Shown here: piece by piece, positions 62,830 through 64,000 of the stretch
How positions within the stretch are numbered: position 1 is the stretch's first letter
How the letters are laid out: every line of letters begins with the position of its first letter
Source of the DNA: a virus
Virus record (IMG/VR): IMGVR_UViG_3300017991_000096
Location: 1-64,000 of that record
Direction: 5' to 3' (one strand)
Length of the DNA: 64,000 nt
The notes under the pieces: generated by a model
What the model was told of the DNA's origin: nothing
Database searches by the model: none
The model's input: the letters and a program-made list of their open reading frames with translations, nothing else
Program-made: the position numbers and the translations under genes

Positions 62830-63807
62830 ATGGCAAATCTGAGTGAGAAGAAGATCAAGGGGATGTCCGCTGCCGAAGTGCGCCAGGCGTGCAAGAAGGC
62901 CGGTATCGAAACCAAGGGCAAGAAGCTGCCGCAGTTGCGCGAGGCGCTGATCGCTGCACAGGGCGAGGGCGAGAAGTCGAGCAAGAAGCCCGGCAAGAAG
63001 AAGGCCCCGCCGAAGGCCGAGGCAGCCGCCAAGGGTGGGGGCAAGGGCAAGAAGTCGAAGGGCAAGAGCAAGGCCGAGCCCGAGCCCGAGCCCGAGCCCG
63101 AGGAGCAGACCGAGTCCGTCGATCTGGAGGCTCTGGAGAAGTCCGTGTTCGACAAGATCATCGCCGTGCTGACCCCGAAGATGCGCGACATCGAGAAGCG
63201 GGTGAAGGCGCTGGAGGAGTCCTCGACCGATGCGCCCGACGACGACGCCGACGACGGGGGCGATGATGCACCCGCCGAGATCCCCGAGAGCCTGAGCGAG
63301 TTCGTGGACGAGGACGGCGATCTCAACCTCGACCCCGACGACGTGGACGGCATGAAGGGTAAGACCCTCAACGACCTGGCCGCCGTGCTGGGCGTCGAGT
63401 TCCCCGACGACGCCAAGAACGTCCGCGCCAAGCGGTCGTTCCTCAAGGAGACGCTGGAGGAGCGCAACGGGGGCGATGACGAGGACGAAGGTGGGGAGGA
63501 TGAGGATGAGGATGAGGATGAGGATGAGGAGGACATCGAACTGATCGAAGGTCCTGACGGGGAGACGGCGCAGAAGTGCAACGACTACTCCGACGTGTCC
63601 GTCGAGGACGAGGTCTACATCGCCACTGACGGCGAGTGGTTCCGCGGCACCGTCGTGAGCAGGGACAAGGACGACGACGGCGACGAGTACATCCACGTCA
63701 AGTGCGACGACGGCGACGACGCCCACGTCTACGCTCCCGAGGTCAACGACGACCCCGTGATCGTGGGCTGGACCTACGACGAGGAGGACGAGGACGAGGA
63801 CGAGTAG
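62830..63807 (+). CDS. Bipolar protein: two HeH domains, basic linker, acidic tracts, Tudor/SH3-like C-domain
   Basis: IKGMSAAEVRQACKKAGI...LREALI; VDGMKGKTLNDLAAVLGV; DEVYIATDGEWFRGTVVS...IHVKCDDG. Confidence 0.75.
   Translation: MANLSEKKIKGMSAAEVRQACKKAGIETKGKKLPQLREALIAAQGEGEKSSKKPGKKKAPPKAEAAAKGGGKGKKSKGKSKAEPEPEPEPEEQTESVDLEALEKSVFDKIIAVLTPKMRDIEKRVKALEESSTDAPDDDADDGGDDAPAEIPESLSEFVDEDGDLNLDPDDVDGMKGKTLNDLAAVLGVEFPDDAKNVRAKRSFLKETLEERNGGDDEDEGGEDEDEDEDEDEEDIELIEGPDGETAQKCNDYSDVSVEDEVYIATDGEWFRGTVVSRDKDDDGDEYIHVKCDDGDDAHVYAPEVNDDPVIVGWTYDEEDEDEDE
63076..63099 (+). repeat. (GAGCCC)x4 coding EP repeat
   Basis: Read directly from the sequence. Confidence 0.9.
63496..63525 (+). repeat. (GAGGAT)x5 coding ED repeat
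   Basis: Read directly from the sequence. Confidence 0.9.
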
Positions 63808-63833
63808 TAGCTCCCTCGACCATCTAGCCACTG

Positions 63834-63871
63834 GAAAGGGCGGCTCCGTTGACGCGGGGTCGCCCTTTCTT
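63834..63871 (+). terminator. Strong hairpin / terminator
   Basis: GAAAGGGCGGCTCCG-TTGACG-CGGGGTCGCCCTTTC followed by TT. Confidence 0.75.
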
Positions 63872-63895
63872 CATGCTGTACCTACAGGAGATCCA

Positions 63896-64000
63896 GTGAA
63901 CGACAACAAGCCCAACCTATTCGACACGGACAAGCAAGCCGCGAAGTCCCCACTCGTCCCCACGCGCCACCTGTCCCGCTACGCCGGCAAGAGGTTCCGC
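63896..64000 (+). CDS. Hypothetical protein (3'-truncated)
   Basis: AGGAG RBS then GTG; the frame is open to the window end. Confidence 0.6.
   Translation, partial: MNDNKPNLFDTDKQAAKSPLVPTRHLSRYAGKRFR

Noticed and set aside
1-64000. tRNA/rRNA genes, integrase, transposase, inteins or introns
   Set aside because: None were recognisable; PolA, DnaB and RecA appear uninterrupted.

Overview
A 64-kb internal segment of a high-GC (roughly 65%) tailed dsDNA phage with a contractile tail. Every credible gene is on the + strand and the genes are tightly packed. Module order: portal C-terminus; eight small, mostly very basic ORFs; scaffold; N4-gp56/Bxz1-like major capsid; neck; sheath; tube; tail chaperone with a -1 frameshift; tape measure; eCIS-like baseplate and fibres (1-38.2 kb). 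These are followed by replication, recombination and repair genes (SF2 helicase, MerR HTH, pyrimidine-dimer glycosylase, DnaC-like loader, DUF932, DnaB, amidase, primase, Zn-rich SSB-like protein, PolA, RecA, two resolvase-like nucleases, Cas4-like exonuclease, UvsY-like, SpoVS; 38.2-57.6 kb), a queD-queE-folE 7-deazaguanine cluster, and a promoter-driven block of charged helix-extension-helix (HeH) proteins. Top candidates for new biology: (1) a shared ~50-aa four-His C-terminal module fused to three unrelated basic proteins between portal and scaffold, with degenerate copies in neighbours, possibly a capsid cargo-loading tag; (2) an expansion of HeH (Rho-N/SAP/LEM-like) domains plus a Tudor-like acidic protein and shared basic tails on replisome proteins, suggesting a phage chromatin or replication-compartment system; (3) a deazaguanine pathway with no queC or dpdA in the window. 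All family assignments come from motif recognition by eye; no database searches were run.
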